Shown piece after piece: positions 63,364 through 64,000 of a stretch of 64,000 nt of DNA. How positions within the stretch are numbered: the first letter of the stretch is position 1; the number at the start of each line of letters is the position of its first letter. Made by a program: the position numbers and the translations under genes. This stretch comes from Thermoplasmatales archaeon (GTDB lineage Archaea > Thermoplasmatota > E2 > DHVEG-1): the NCBI GenBank assembly GCA_030672305.1, contig DAOVGR010000052.1, forward strand, positions 3,961 through 67,960, written 5' to 3'. The notes under the pieces were generated by a model, which was not told the origin of the DNA, did no database searches, and saw only the letters and a list, made by a program, of their open reading frames with translations.

Positions 63364-63720
63364 TCAACCATTTAGTATAAACTCAACTCTATCAACCAAG
63401 TCAGATACATTAAAGGGTTTTTGAAAAAAATCAACTATATTTGGTTGAGAACAAAGACCCCTTCTTCTTGCATCAGAAATTCTTACCACACTCATATAGG
63501 CAATTTTGATATCCTGTATTTGTTTGATAATCTCACCTACAGGTTTACCTGGCATCATAATGTCTAATAGTATTAGATCAGGTTTTATATCTCGTAATTT
63601 TTGTAGACAGTCATCTCCATCTACTGCAGTTTCGACTGTATAACCATTTGCATTTAGTATTGTTTTAACACTCTCTCTAACATCTTCTTCATCATCAACT
63701 ATTAGGATTATTTTTGGCAT
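63364..63720 (-). CDS. Stand-alone response regulator receiver (CheY-like)
   Basis: LIVDDEEDVRE, phospho-acceptor DLILLDIMMPG, conserved Lys in FQKPF. Confidence 0.9.
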   Translation of the reverse strand: MPKIILIVDDEEDVRESVKTILNANGYTVETAVDGDDCLQKLRDIKPDLILLDIMMPGKPVGEIIKQIQDIKIAYMSVVRISDARRRGLCSQPNIVDFFQKPFNVSDLVDRVEFILNG

Positions 63721-64000
63721 TTTTCACCTATTATTTGAGTATTTAGAATAGAGTTTATTTTGGTTGAATCCCATCTCTATTGAATTTTGTATCTGTTTTT
63801 TATGTATATACTTTTACCAGCAAACTTTTATATAATAAGATTTACTGGTTTTTCGTCTATTTTCTCCCCATATTTAAACTTTACGGCATTAGTCGTGTTA
63901 ATCGTTAACAATATTATTCTTTATGAATGTACTTTTCTGTTGTATACTGAGAGTAGGGATAAGGTATTATTATTCAATTCCCCATTTAATTTAGTATATA

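Overview
Visibly AT-rich archaeal chromosomal segment; GC content was not computed. Archaeal markers are Dph2, a Nob1-type PIN/Zn-ribbon nuclease, a Sec11/S26B-type signal peptidase, HisRS, QueC/QueD, BRE/TATA-like promoters, GGAGG ribosome-binding sites and oligo-T terminators.

The left ~46 kb (1-46424) is an accessory-looking island with about 28 genes for exported proteins.
- Proteases: one S8 subtilisin, one C1 papain-like, one M14 carboxypeptidase and three C25/gingipain-like clan-CD peptidases.
- Other enzymes: a transglutaminase-like protein, a secreted cyclophilin and thioredoxin (CxxC) fusion proteins.
- Structural folds: PQQ, FG-GAP and BNR beta-propellers and a parallel beta-helix protein.

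The main signal is a shared ~32-aa C-terminal tail, consensus PR[TN][RK]-x5-6-hLLRhFERFPNaFPILRxLLG[LFI]-COOH.
- Eight otherwise unrelated secreted proteins carry a clear copy, and six more carry degenerate copies.
- The tail follows one of three interchangeable beta-sandwich modules: a DWGDG PKD-like type A, a Cys-containing type B, or a type C.
- It does not have the layout of classical motif + TM helix + basic-cluster sorting signals.
- No archaeosortase-like gene is visible in the window.
- The co-located C25-like peptidases belong to an Arg/Lys-specific family that includes the T9SS sortase PorU. They are therefore plausible processing enzymes for the basic junction, as is a tail-less subtilisin.
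- I cannot tell from sequence alone whether this tail is already covered by an existing C-terminal sorting-domain model.

The right ~18 kb is mostly housekeeping: dph2, a kinase pair, nadA-iscS-iscU-queD-queC, signal peptidase, nob1, hisS, an aminotransferase and a two-component system. It also holds a third, N-terminally disrupted thioredoxin-fusion paralog. One tRNA-Ile(GAU) is present. No CRISPR array, transposase, integrase or rRNA was seen.
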